From Okamejei kenojei (Eukaryota): 64,000 bases of DNA. Positions 24,372 to 37,450 of this stretch are shown here, one piece after another (positions within the stretch are counted from its first letter, which is position 1; every line of letters starts with the position of its first letter). The stretch spans positions 50,592,001-50,656,000 of the forward strand of contig CM069131.1 in the NCBI GenBank assembly GCA_035221665.1, read 5' to 3'. The notes under the pieces were generated by a model. That model saw only the letters and a list, made by a program, of their open reading frames with translations. It was not told where the DNA came from and searched no databases. A program made the translations under genes and the position numbers.

Positions 24372-25070
24372 TATAGGAGCAGAATTAGGCCATTTGGTCC
24401 ATTAGGTTTACTCTGCCATTCAATTATGGCTGATCTATCTTTCCCTTTCAAACCTATTCTTCTGCTTTCACCCCACAAGCCCCTGACACCCTTATTAATC
24501 AAGAATATGTCAATCCCTGCCGTAAAAATACCCAATGACCTGGCCTTCACTGGAATTCCACAGATTGACCACCCTCTGTCTAAGGAGATACATAATGTTA
24601 TAAATTAAAACATAAAACAATACTGCACGGAGACTGACCCATCAGCCCACAAAATACTATCGTATCTGTCTCCACTACCACCCCTGGCAATGCATTTTAG
24701 GCCCCTACCACTGTCTGTATAGAAGACCTGCCAAGCAGTTATTAAAGCAACAATTATTATTTCTCCCTCTCACCTTATAGCTATGTCCTTTACTGTTGGA
24801 CATTTTCACCCTGGGAAATGTGGTTTAATCAAAGTCCCATAGGGCAGCATAATGAGTTACTGACTCTTGTATTCAATGCCGCTCGCAATGATGGCAAACA
24901 CACTGTACGCCTTCTTTGCCACCAATCTACTTGTGTTGCCACCCACAGTGAGCTATGAACTTGGACACCAAGATCCCTCTGCACTTCAGTGCTGTCAAAG
25001 GTTTTGACATTAATTGTATCCTTTTCATTTCCATACAACCTCCCAAGGTTATCTGACACATATTGACTCT
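24372..25070 (-). mobile_element. CR1 fragments
   Basis: CR1 tail and EVQRDLGVQVHSSL. Confidence 0.75.
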
Positions 25071-25454
25071 CATGTCCCTGTGTGTATTTGAAACTTGCAT
25101 TAGTGTAGACATTTGTATTGACATGTCTTGGTTATTAAAATAGAAATAGATTGTTAATCATGAGTTTTAAATAGATTAGAGATTTTTAGCTAGCAAAGCT
25201 ATGAAAGGATAGGGGTAATTGCAGAATGAAAGGGGAATAAGCACTTTTATTTTTATGTTAAGTGTATAAAATGATTTGTTTGACTTTATTTTCTTTATCT
25301 TTTGTTTTCCCTCTCTTTCACACACTATCTTTTGTCTGAAGAAGGGAGTTGACTCGAAATGTCACCCATTCCTGCTCTCCAGAGATGCTGCCTGCGCTGT
25401 GTTACTCCAGTATTGTGTGAATCCTCTGTGTAAACCAGCATCTGAAATTCCTTC

Positions 25455-26100
25455 CAACATCTTTCATTTTCTTTTTTTTTGCATATTGTTATTGTTCCCT
25501 CTTTTGTTATTGTTATTGTTCTACTCTTATATTCTGTATCTTTTATTCTTTGTCTTTTGTTTGTTTTCTCTTTTTTGTTCTTGTATTTCTCTTCTTTCCC
25601 TCTTTTTCTTTTGTTTTGCTCTTTTCACTTTTTCTTCTTCCCTATTTTTTTTTTGTTTTATCTTTCACTTTTTCTCCTTGGATCTTTCTGTTTACATTTC
25701 TTTCTCACTTTCATTTGTACTCTGTTTCCTCTTGTACTCTTTCCTTCTGCTTTTGTTTCTCACTTTATTTTACTCGACCTTTCATTCTCCTTTTTCTCTT
25801 CCCCTCTTCCATTCTTTTTTTACTTTCTTGCATATGTTCTAGATTTTGTAGTCTCCAGACTAATGTGGTTTCTTACACGCCTCCAAATAAGCAAACGGTC
25901 CACCCTCTCTGCACTCTTGCCTCCTTCATTGTCTCCTTTGTGTCCTCCTGCAACCCACCGCTATTCGCCCTTTCATAACATCTATCATTTTCTTTTGATT
26001 CTCTCAATCTACACCTCCTGTCTCTCCCTCGCAGTCTGTCTATCTCTCTGTCTGTCTTTCTCTCAGAGTGCTTCTCCGTCTGTCTGACACTCTCTCTCTG
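25455..26100. repeat. T/C-rich low-complexity tract
   Basis: Almost pure pyrimidine on the + strand; produces spurious F/L/S-rich ORFs. Confidence 0.9.
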
Positions 26101-26689
26101 CCCCATCAGTTCTATTTGTGTCTCTTGTTACCTGTCTCCATCTCACTGTGGATCTTCGACAGAAGTAGATGCAACCAGATGTAGTGTACTGCTGCAGAAC
26201 TCTGTCAGGGTTGCTAGTTTTCATTGAAATAAATGTTACCCCCTGATAAAGCAAGGCATCTCTGCCAATGCAACTTAATCCCACCTCGAGATGGTGATTA
26301 CCTTTTCCTTTACGAGTAAGAATCTTGTAAATATTATAATTCATGTCTCACGAATCTGGTGGGGCTTTTTGAAGAGATAACTAAGAGGATTGATGAGGGC
26401 AGGGCACTGGATGTTGACGTTGCTTCTATAGACTAGAGCAAGGTCCTGCATGGTAGGCTAGTCTGAAAGGTTAGATTGCATGGGAGAGTTTGGTGCTCGG
26501 ATGCATAATTGGCTTGATGGTAGGAAGTAGAAGGTGATGGTGGAAGGCTTCTTTTGAACAGGTGCACCGTGACCAGAAAGATAATGATAACTGAAAAGCG
26601 CACAGTAAAGCAGACTCATCACAGCAAAGTGATACTAAATCAGTTGCTTCTGGTGCCTCAAGATAGTGTTCAAAATTACTATCAAGTTT

Positions 26690-26950
26690 TAGAATTGCAG
26701 CATGGAAACTGGCCCTTCTACACCGACCATCACGATCACCTGTACACTAGTTCTATCCTACAAACTAGAGAGTGTTTATAGAGGTTAATTAACCTCCAAT
26801 CTGCACATCCTTGGAGTGTGGGAGGAAAACAGAGCACCCGGAAAAAACCCACGTGATCAGAGGGAGAACATACAAACTCCCTACAGACAGCACCCATAGT
26901 CACGTCTCTGGCTCTGTATTTCAGCAACTCTACTGCTGTGCCAGTGTGCC
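26690..26950 (-). mobile_element. V-SINE (HE1-like)
   Basis: Reverse V-SINE motifs. Confidence 0.8.
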
Positions 26951-26994
26951 ACCCTATCTCAAGGACAAGATATTTACAGATTAATTACTTGGAG

Positions 26995-27320
26995 TCATCG
27001 AGGCATACAGCCTGGAAACAGGCCCTTTGGCCCAACCTGCTACACGTCCCACTTGCCTGCATTTAGTCCATATCCCTCCAAACATGTCCTTCCATGTACT
27101 TGTCTAACTGTTTCTTAAACATTGGGATAGTCCCTGCCGCAACTACCTCGTCTGGCAGCTTGTTCTATACACCCACCACCCTTTGTGTGAAAACGTTACC
27201 CCTCAGATTCCTATGAAATCGTTTCCCCTTCACCTTGAACCTATGTCCTCTGGTCCTTGATTCCCCTACTCTGGACAAGAGACTCTGTGCATCTACCAGA
27301 TCTATACCTGTCATGATTTT
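26995..27320 (-). mobile_element. CR1 3' end
   Basis: SRTRGHRFKVKGKRF...FTQRVV. Confidence 0.85.
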
Positions 27321-27410
27321 TATCCCTATGTGATGATTAAAATAAAGCACCTTCTGCCCTTTCCCACCAATATAAAATATCCAGTGGTCCTATTCAAAGA
27401 AGAATAGGGT

Positions 27411-27700
27411 GGTACAGTGGCGTAATGGTAGAGTTGCTGCCTTACAGCACCAGAGAACGGGTTTGACCCCGACTACAGATGTTGTCTGTATGGAGTTGGT
27501 ACATTCTTCCCGTGACCGCAAAGGTTTTGTCCAGGTACTCCGGTTTCCTCCCACACTCCAAAGATGTACAGGTTTGTCGGTTACTTTGGCTTCGATAGAA
27601 ATTGTAAATTGTCCCTGGTGTATAGGATAGTGCTGGTGTACAGGGATCGCTGGCCGGTGTTTCGGCCTGTTTCCCGGTTGTATCTCTAAACTAAAGTAAA
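27411..27700 (+). mobile_element. V-SINE (HE1-like)
   Basis: CTCCGGTTTCCTCCCAC domain, head and tail. Confidence 0.85.
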
Positions 27701-27814
27701 TTAAACACGCACGTTTGTCCAGCGTTCTGACCAATATCTTTTCCCTTGGTGAACATGTACAATGTTGGGCCACTGCTGTTTCTGAGACATTGCTGGACAA
27801 TAATCAACATCTGC

Positions 27815-28590
27815 AGGTAAAGGGACAGGTGCTGCCTCTCCTGCGGTTGCAGGGAAAAATAAGCGCAGCCGCAGGAGATGCAACACCTGTCCCTTTACCT
27901 CCACCCCTTGACTCCATCCAAGGAACCCGACAATCTTGTCAGGTGATGCACAGGTTCACTAGCACCTCCTCCAACCTCATCTACTGTATCCGCTGTTCCA
28001 GGTATAAACTCCTGTACTTTGGCGAGATCAAGTGCAGGCTCGGCGATCGTTTCGCTGAACACCTCCGCTCAGTCCGCCTTAACCTACCTGATCTCCCGAT
28101 TACTCAGCACTTTAACTCCCCCTCTCATTCCAAATCCGATCTTTCTGTCTTGGGTGGACTCCATTGTCAGAATGAGGCCCAGCGCAATTTGTTGGAACGG
28201 CATCCATATTTCGCTTGGGTAGCTTACACCCCAGCGGTATGAACATTGACTTCACTCACTTCAAATAGCCCTTTCTTTCCCTCTTTTTCCATCCCCTCCC
28301 CTTCCCAGTTCTTCCACCAGTCTTACTGTCTCCGACTACATTCTATGTTTGTTCCGCCCACTCCCCTGACATAGTCTGAAGAAACATCACCCATTCCTTC
28401 TCTCCAGAGATGCTGCCTGTCCCGCTGAGTTAGTCCAGCATTTTATGTCTACCTTCGATTTAAACCGCCCAAAACGTTGCCTATTCAGTCTGAAGAAGGG
28501 TTTTGACCCAAACTGTTGCCTATTTCCTTCGCTCCATAGATGCTGCCACACCTGCTGAGTTCTCAGCATTTTTCGCTACCTTCTGCAGTT
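27815..28590 (+). mobile_element. 5'-truncated Penelope element (GIY-YIG plus tandem pLTR pieces)
   Basis: NLIYCIRCSRYKLLYFGEIKCRLGDRFAEHLRSVR; closely similar to the 18.8-19.2 kb copy. Confidence 0.9.
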
Positions 28591-28934
28591 ATTTCATTAA
28601 CATTTAAATATCTCCACATTACAACCACGAGGTACTCAAATAGTTAATCTGCTCACTGACTGGAAAACCCTTCCACCGAGTGCAGATGTTGCATTGTGCC
28701 AAATGCTGGGTTCAGCTACTGTTAACTCCCTAATGCAAAAAGCAGCCAATGGTTTTATGAGTGGCTGTCAAGAGTGTCTTAAATGGATAGTTTTCAAAAC
28801 CAGTTGGCAGTTACGTCGTAATTCGCCGACTATTGAAATATGAGTCACAACAGCTACACTTTGCCATGAGCTCTCCAAGATTTGACAATCTATTACAGTC
28901 GAAAATGGCTGCAATCTCGAGGTCGGGTTAATAT

Positions 28935-29630
28935 AGAGACATAGAAACATAGAAAATAGGTGCAGGAGTAGGCCATTCGGCCCTTCATTGACCATAGAAA
29001 CATAGAAAAATAGGTGCATGTAGGCCAAGCCCTTCATAGAAACATAGAAACATAGAGTAGGCCATTCAGCCCTTCGAGCCTGCACCGCCATTCAATATGA
29101 TCATGGCTGATCATCCAACTCAGTATCCCGTACCTGCCTTCTCTCCACCCCGTGATCCCCTTAGCCACAAGGGCCACATCCAACTCACTCTTAAATATAG
29201 CCAATGAACTGGCCTCAACTACCCTCTGTGGCAGAGAGTTCCAGAGACTCACCACTCTCTGTGTGAAGAAAGTCTTTCTCATCTCGGTCTTAAAGGATTT
29301 CCCCCTTATCCTTCGAGCCAGCACTGCCATTCAATATGATGATGGTTGAACATCCAAAATCAGTACCCCGTTCCTGCTTTCTCCCCAAATCCCTTGATCC
29401 CGTTAGCCCGAAGAGCTATATCTAACCCTCTTGAAAATATCCAGTTAATCGGCCTGCACTGCCTTCTGTGGCAGAGAATTCCAGATTCACTGGGTGAAAA
29501 GGTTTTTCCTCATCTCAGTCTGAAAAGGACTACCCCTTATTCTTAAACTGTGACCCCTGGTTCTGGACACCCCCAACATCGGGACCATTTTTCCTGCATC
29601 TAGCCTGTCCAATCCCTTAAGAATTTTACA
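28935..29630 (-). mobile_element. Stacked CR1 3' ends with (CATAGAAA)n tails
   Basis: Repeated CATAGAAA-ATAGGTGCA units; RIRGKSFKTEMRKTFFTQRVVSLWNSLP. Confidence 0.85.
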
Positions 29631-30224
29631 TGTAATGCTGGTCCATTGTAACTAGAATCAATTATAAATTGCTCCTGGGATTTAATTACTTCTACATGTT
29701 TTCTAATTCCTTGTATAATGTGTTTACTTTTTATTTTTACCTCTAACTCTATTGATGTATTTGTTAACTTGTCGATGGAAACTATACATAAGGCACAATG
29801 GATCCCCCAGCTATTTCTGCTGAGTGTCAGGTTACACCAGGGTTAAGAGAGAAATAATGCATTTTCAAGTTTAATGAAAAGCAAAAGTTCTTGGCATTTG
29901 GGGCTCATCGAACAGGCACACGGATAAAGGTCAGAGACGGCACAGCCAAGTCTGAAGCAAAGCATCTTCCAATCTGCTCCGACAAATGTGGCTACAGAAT
30001 AAAGCTCTGTTTCACAGCCTGACATCTCCAGTGTACTCAGCAGCCATCTTCCCCAAATGAAGTTGCCAGCTCTGTACTGTCGGCTGCATCAGCAGCCTCT
30101 AAAATAATTAAACCCTTTCTCGCTGAGGTATTTTCCAGGCAATGGAATGGAGATGTTTTTGTTCCATTCATCTGGACTGGATTCAGAACCAAATCCCAGA
30201 TGTAACGGGATATGATATTAACCC

Positions 30225-30460
30225 AAGGATAGACACAAAAATGCTGGAGTAACTCAGCGGATCAGGCAGCACCTCTAGAGAAAATGGACAGGTGACGTTT
30301 CGGGTTTGGGACCCCCCTTCAGACCGATTGTAGGGGGGAAGAACTGGAAGCAAAAAGAGACCAGGACAAAATCTGACTAAGGCCACACAGCACAGCATAT
30401 ATTTTGTATACACCCTCATATTTTGCTTGGGTAGCTTACAACCCAGCAGTATGAACATAG
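30225..30460 (-). mobile_element. Penelope-derived fragment
   Basis: pLTR motif and a GIY-YIG C-terminal piece. Confidence 0.7.
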
Positions 30461-30990
30461 GTACAGTAAAAAGCTTTTGTTGCATTCTATCCAGTCAGCA
30501 GAAAGACTATATATGATTGCAATCGAGCTGTCCACAGTGTAAAGACACATGATAAAGGGAATAATATTTAGTGCGAGATTATGTCCAGTAAACTCTGATT
30601 AAAAACAGTCGAAAGGTTTCCAATGAGGTAGATGGTAGGTGGTAGGTCAGGACTGCTCTTAAGTCGGTGATAGGATGGCTCAGTTGCCAGATAACAGTTG
30701 GGAAGAAACTGTCCCTGAATCTGGAGATATGCATTTTCACACTGCTATACCTCTTGTCTGAGGGGAGAAGAGGGAGTGACCAGGGTGAGACTCATCCTTG
30801 ATTATGCTGGTGGCCTTGCTGAGGCAGTGTGACGTGTGAATGGAGTCAAAGGGAGGTTGGTTTGTGCAATGGTCTGAGCTGCGTCCAAACTTCTCTGCAA
30901 GTTCATGCGGTCTTGAATGGAGCTGTTTGAAACCATGTGATGCATCCCGATAAAATTATTTCTACGGGGCATCTGTAAAAGTTGACGAAC
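30460..30990 (-). mobile_element. Rex1/Babar-like LINE 3' portion
   Basis: Co-linear with 23650-24170. Confidence 0.75.
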
Positions 30991-31189
30991 TGTAGATGTT
31001 CTACATCTTTTGACCAAAAATATAAATGTACGCATGCATTAAATTAGCATGCATTATTATCATAATTTGGACATTTTTGGACTGAATGGTTAAATAGCAT
31101 CTTCTAGGTAAAACGTTACAGCTGCCTTGATAAAGCTTAACATGTTGCACCCATGACTTAACAAAGGCTGATGTGGCTCAAAGCAGGCT

Positions 31190-31860
31190 TAGAAACATAG
31201 AAACATAGAAAATAGGTGCAGGCTCGAAGGGCCGAATGGCCTACTCCTGCACCTATTTTCTATGTTTCTACAAGGGCCACGTCTAACTCCCTCTTAAATA
31301 TAGCCAATGAACTGGCCTCAACTACCTTCTGTGGCAGAGAATTCCAGAGATTCACCACTGTGTGAAAAATGTTTTTCTCATCTCGGTCCTAAAACATTTC
31401 CCCCTTATCCTTAAACTGTGACCCCTTGTCCTGGACTTCCCCAACATCGGGAACAATCTTCCCGCATCTAGCCTGTCCAACCCCTTAAGAATTTTGTAAG
31501 TCTCTATAAGATCCCCCCTCAATCTTCTAAATTCTAGCGAGTGGAAGCCGAGTCTATCCAGTCTTTTTTCATATAAAAGTCCTGACATCCCAGGAATCAG
31601 TCTGGTGAACCTTCTCTGTACTCCCTCTATGGCAAGAATGTCTTTCTTCAGATTCGGAGACCAAAACTGTACGCAATACTCCAGGTGTGGTCTCACCAAG
31701 ACCCTGTACAACTGCAGTAGAACCTCCCTGCTCCTATACTCAAATCCTTTTGCTATGAATGCCAACATACCATTCGTTTTCTTCACTGCCTGCTGCACCT
31801 GCATGCCTACTTTCAATGACTGGTGTACCATGACACCCAGGTCTCGTTGCATCTCCCTTG
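31190..31860 (-). mobile_element. CR1 3' portion
   Basis: QRDLGVMVH...LVRPHLEYCVQFWSP...RRLRGDLIETYKI...RTRGH. Confidence 0.92.
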
Positions 31861-31861
31861 A

Positions 31862-32300
31862 TTAAGATCATAAGTGATAGGTCATTCGGCCCATCAAGTC
31901 GACTCTGCCATTCAATCATGGCTGATCTATCTCTCCTTCCTAACTGCTTTCTCCTGCATTCTCTCCATTACCTCTGACATCCATACTAATCAAAAATCTA
32001 TCTATCTCTACCTTAATATATCCACTGACTTTGCCTCCACAGCCTTCTGTGGCAAACAATTCCACAGACTCACCACCCTCTGACTAAAGAAATTCCTCCT
32101 CATCTCCTTCCTAAAAGAATGTCTTTAATTCTGAGGCAACTAGTGGGAGAGTCCTAAACTCTCCCACTAGTGGAAACATCCTCTCCACATTCACTCTATC
32201 CAAGACTTTCACTATTCTGTACATTTCAATGAGGTCACTCCTCATTCTTCTAAACTCCAGTGAATATTGGCCCAGTGCCGACAAACGGTCATCATATAAT
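31862..32300 (-). mobile_element. CR1 3' end, second subfamily
   Basis: CR1 tail and degenerate ORF2 end. Confidence 0.75.
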
Positions 32301-32449
32301 CATGCTCATCAAAGGGTCGCATGGCACGCGGTTTTCACAGCAAATGTTGGTGTGGCCCATATTTGGCTTGGTAAGTGGTAAATTAATTTCAGTGCAAGGG
32401 GATTAAGCATGGAAGTAAAAAGTGAAGTAAATTTGCTCCGAAGTGAAAG

Positions 32450-32805
32450 AACGGAGATGCTCGTGGAGTTGCTGCCTCACATCTCGGGTGATCTAAGTTC
32501 ATTCCTGACTTTGGGTGCTGTCTGAGTAGAGTTTGTATGTTCTCCTGATGATCGCGTGGTTTTTCTCTTGAGTGCTCTAGTTTCCTCTCACAACCCAATG
32601 GCATGCAGGTCGGGCGATTAATTGGCCAACGTAAATAATCCCTGGTGCGTAGATGAATGCTAGTATCTGGGCAGTGTTGCTGGGAGTATAGAGAGAATAA
32701 ATAACAATGGGATCAGTGTGGTTGAGTGTTTGATGGTGGGAACTCTGGGGTGAATGGGACTCAATGGGCGGAAGGGCCTGTTTCCATATTCTATGATTCT
32801 ATGAC
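32450..32805 (+). mobile_element. Older V-SINE
   Basis: GGAGTTGCTGCCTCAC head; GAAGGGCCTGTTTCC...(CTATGA)n tail. Confidence 0.7.
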
Positions 32806-32936
32806 TCCAGTGTTTTTGGTTAACTCAATGATCAGACTTTCCCTTGAGTTTGAGGAATATTCATATCATCACTCAGCAAAAAACAATCCAGTCAATACCT
32901 TCACTATACCTTGAAGAACAAAGCTCTGAAGAATAA

Positions 32937-33290
32937 TAGACACAAAATGCTGGAGTAACTCAGCAGGTCAGGCAGCACCTCTGGAGAAAAAGGATAGGTG
33001 AAGTTTCAGGTCGAGACCCTTCTTCAGACTGAGAGTCAGGGGAGAGGGAAACTAGAGGTATGAAAAGGTTCGGAACTAATCAGAGCCGGCACTAATGACC
33101 AAGGAAAGGTGGAGCCCACAATGGTCCATTGTTGGCTGTGGACGAGGTGATAACAAAGGGATACAAACAATGAAACTAACAGGATGACCTTGGCGAGGAA
33201 TGTAAAGAGGATGCAAATGTTATTTGAAATTAGAGAAATCAATATTCATACCGCCTGGTTTTGAGCTGCCCAGAATAATAATAGGTGCTA
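32937..33290 (-). mobile_element. Penelope 3' fragment with pLTR
   Basis: Reverse hammerhead motif at ~32997-33031 and the GIY-YIG end. Confidence 0.75.
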
Positions 33291-35384
33291 AAAGAGGACT
33301 GACAGGGATGAATGAAATAATGAAAGTAAACTGAATATACCTTTAAATGTATCTAGACTGCGGAACAGCGGGGGCTGAGAGCATTGATTGTGAAAGGTGA
33401 ACCAAGAGTCAGGAATCGGCAGAGACTTGACAAATGCAATTGGTTACTTGAAAGACAGGCTGATGTTTGAAGTCTGGATGAATGGAAAAATAGAAAAGCC
33501 CAGAGCAGCTCACATTGGCTTATAGGATTGCAACATGCTCATACAATAGTGCTCCGAGCAAAGTTAAAAGGATTTGGAAGGATGATTCCTAATCAGGAGG
33601 CTACACCTAATCTGGAAGGGAATAGCTGAACCAAGAGATGATACTGGTCAGCAATGATTAAAAGCACGGGGACTTTACTCTTTCAGAAGAGGACTGAGAG
33701 GGCAACTGATAAAGGAGTCTTTTAAATTTCTGAAATAATTTGATAGACTGAATGATCATATTGAACACTCAGAGTCATACAGCACGGCACCAGGCCCTTC
33801 GGTCCAACTTATTCATGGCAGCAAGATGCCCCATCTATGCTGGTTCCACTTTCAGCAACATCTCACTAAACATTTCCTATCCATCTACCTGTGGCTGCTG
33901 GGGGGGGGGGGGGGGGAGGATGGAGATAGTAATCAGTGCTGGGGGATACATGGAGAGAACTAAAGGGTGCAAATGGTACAACTTTGTAAGCAAGTAAGGT
34001 GAAAGTAAAGTAATAGAACCAGGGAAAGGATGGTGGGGAGAAGGAGACCGCGGTGTGCCGGTGAGCAGTGGAAGAATTGATGGGAATTTGGAGGGAATAA
34101 ACTGAATTGGGGAAGGATTAGTATAAAACTGTTGTTTGATCATTGGTGTGAACTCGGTGGGCTGAAGGACCTGTATTCCATGCTGTTTCACTCTACGAAC
34201 ATATGGTCTACTGAAGGCAAACCATTCTATGAGCACCAAAATATGTAGAAATTGAACGGAAGAGCTGTGATTCATTTAAGAGGCAGCTTGATGCAAGAAG
34301 GTAGCAACTGTGGGTGAGAAGGTGGGATAATGCAGAACTAGTTTGAACAGGTGATCAGCGGTTGGCTTGGAGTCAATGGCCTGTTTCCATGCTGTATCTC
34401 CAAACTAAATAAATCCCAACAGGGATAGAGGGAGATAATTTGAAAGGAACCTCCATCAAGCGGCATAGATGTATTAAGCAGCATAGATGAATCAGCAGAA
34501 TGTCTTGTTCTGTGCCATAAATTCGGCACAATTCCCCCTACACCTGCCTTCATCAGAATTGTCAATGCATAGCATATCAATCCACTGATAGAGTTAATGG
34601 GTTGCGAACCAGTAAAAGTGTTTAGAAAACAATCCCTTTATGTTTGTTTATCAAACACTCAATGCAATGACTCAATTTGTACCATAATTTCCTTGACAAG
34701 AACTTTCCAGGGAGCAGCGCCAGCTCTTCTCCGTGCTGCAGGAGTACCCATCAAGTCAGACAATACAGCATGATGGCAATGTTGAATGTGTTGCTGGTCT
34801 TCCCATGTATTACACATCCCATGGAACCACTTACATTTAATTTGAACGGGATTTGCATTTTCACAATTGTCATTGCCAAAATGCTTTCTAATTTCCTAAA
34901 GGCTGATAAGGAGGCAGAGGTATAATCATATCAGTAGAAACAAGGAACCGGAGATGTTGGTTTACGAAAGAATTACAGAGTGCTGGAGTAGCTTAGCGGG
35001 TCAGGCAACATCTCAGTAGAACATGGATGGGCAATGTTTCAGGTCGGGACCTTTCTCCAGACCGTAAGAGCACCAAAATATGTAGAGATTGAATTCAAGT
35101 GATTCACGGGCGAATCCAGATATTTCCTAATTGTTGCGAGGCTCTCTGTCTCCACTACCCCATGTGTGTTCGTGTGTTCCAGATCCCAAACTCTCTCTGG
35201 ATCAAGGAAATATTTCTCTAATCCCCTCTCGGTCACACATGTCCTCTCACTGTCTGACTTACCCTGTCGTTAGGACTCCACACACCGAGAGATCCTAACT
35301 TCCGTTGAAAATGATACCAGTGCAGATACGGGACGACAGTTGCAGCCTGACCTGTTGGGTATTCTACCATTTCATGTTTTTTGT

Positions 35385-35775
35385 TTAGAGATACAGCATG
35401 GAAATAGGCCCTTAGGCCCACTGAGTCCGTGTCGACCAACGACCTTCGTACGTTAACATTATCCTATACAATTTATAATTTAGTTTTTAGATTTTTTATC
35501 TTAGAGATACAGCGTGGAAACAGGCCCTTCGACCCACCGAGTCCGCATCGACCGGCGATCACCCCCTACACTAGCACTACCCTACACACTGGAGATAATT
35601 TACATTTATACCAAACCAATTAACCTACCAACCTGTACATATTTGGAGTGTCGGAGAAAACCCACACAGGTCACAGAGAGAACGAACAAACTTCATACAG
35701 ACTGGACTCGGAGTCAGGATGAAATCCGGATCTCCTGCACTATAAGGCAGCAACTCTACCCCTGCGCCACGGTGC
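35385..35775 (-). mobile_element. V-SINE with duplicated 3' tail
   Basis: Two successive TTAGAGATACAGC..GGAAAyAGGCCC tails. Confidence 0.8.
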
Positions 35776-36294
35776 TGCAGAAGATCTTGATTTGCCATCT
35801 TCATCTTAGAAAGGGCAAGAGGAGAAATACCTCCATTAAAAATAAATGATGCACGAAGACGCCAAGAATAATCTTTCAGTGATGAAGAAGCTTTCACGTT
35901 TGCAAAACCTTTTGAGGTTTGTTGGTATCAGTTCTTATAAAGGAATAAAATTCTCAGCTGCCTGACAGGAAATGAGAGGAAGTCGTGGTTAAGACTGGAG
36001 ACATCCTTCCAGCTACAGATCATCGGATTTCAAAGCTCGGTGGAAACGCAATTCAATATTTTCCCAGGCTGAGAATGAGCTTTACCCCTTTCTGCACCGC
36101 TGTCATTTTTAATGGATCTCTCGGTGTCTAATGTCCTAACAGCAGGGTGAGTCAGAAAGTGACAGGACATGTGTGCAGTTGCTGTAGTATTAGATAGTAA
36201 TCATCATCTTATTAATTCAGGCCATCTGCTTTCAGTCTCTTGTGCTCACTTTAGTTTGATTTGCTCAGACCATCGCCAGTGGTAGAATCCTTTG

Positions 36295-36600
36295 GACTTT
36301 AGGGATACAGCGTGGAAACAGGCCCTTCGGCCCACCGGGTCCGCACTGACCAGCAACCACTCCGTACACTAACACTATCCTACGCACTAGGGGCAATTTA
36401 CAGAAGCCAATTAACCTACAAACCTGTATGTCTTTGAATTGTGGGAGGAAACCAGAGCACCCGGAGAAAACCCACTCGGTCACGGGGAGAACGTACAAAC
36501 TCTGTCTGTACAGACAGCCAGATTTGATAAATCCCAAGGGAAGGATAATCCCAGGACACTGGCGCTGTAAGGCAGCAACTCGATCGCTGTGCCACTGTGA
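36295..36600 (-). mobile_element. V-SINE (HE1-like)
   Basis: Reverse V-SINE motifs. Confidence 0.85.
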
Positions 36601-36779
36601 TGCCCAGCCTGGTACAGTAATCCTCTGCAAGGATGAACCTGTATAAGCTGCACGTTGGCAATTGGTGTCTCGACTCTCTCATTTCATAACATTTAAGCTT
36701 GAAGTGATTTCATGCAATGAATCTGGCATTTTTTCCCCAGTTTATCGTTCCCTTAGGACTTACCAACTCAGACTAGACC

Positions 36780-37270
36780 AAAGGTTCCAAAGGTCTTTTA
36801 TTGTCTCGTGTACCAATACCCTGATATGCGAATTACCATACAGCCATACAGCAAAAGCATCGAGACACACAAATGCATATAAGTTAAGATAAACATCCAC
36901 CACAGCGGATTCCCCATATTCCTCACTGTGATGGAAGGCAAAAAAGTCCAATCTTCTTCCTCTTTATTTCTGGGCGATCAAAGCTCCTGCAGCCGGTGGT
37001 CAAAGCTCCAGCATCAGGGCGATCGAAACTCCTGCATCGGGGAGGTCGAAACTCCCGCAGCTTGGAGTTCCCGATGACCGCGGGGTCTGTGATGTTAAGA
37101 CCGCAAGCACCCACGTTTGGAGCTCCGAGGTCGATCCCTGGCAAAGGAATCACGAGCTCCACGATAGTAAGTCCGCAGGCTGCCATGGTGGAGCTCTCAA
37201 AAGTCAGTCTCCAGCAGAAGCCACCAACTCCTCGATGTTAGGCCGCAGTGCGGACGGAGATACGATACGG
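36780..37270 (-). mobile_element. CpG-rich non-coding retroposon, 5'-truncated
   Basis: ACATCCACCACAGC...CCTCACTGTGATGGAAGGCAAAA block shared with the other copies. Confidence 0.65.
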
Positions 37271-37450
37271 TAAAAAACAAGCTGGACACATTCCTGGGGG
37301 CGTCTTGATATGACCTCTCACCACCAATCAACCCACCACATATTCCCACCGTTGTTCACCAAACAGGTCCATTCTCACAGCACCTGACCCCACCAGAAAG
37401 GAAGAAACAAGGAACTTCAAATGCTGGTTTCCAAAACGAGAAAGTGCTGG

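Noticed and set aside
25276-26087. Three overlapping hydrophobic ORFs (142-202 aa) resembling membrane proteins
   Set aside because: They arise from a T/C low-complexity tract that lacks stop codons in all frames
28935-29060. Repeat-spacer-like pattern resembling a CRISPR array
   Set aside because: These are tandem CR1 3' tips with (CATAGAAA)n tails; there are no unique spacers or cas genes
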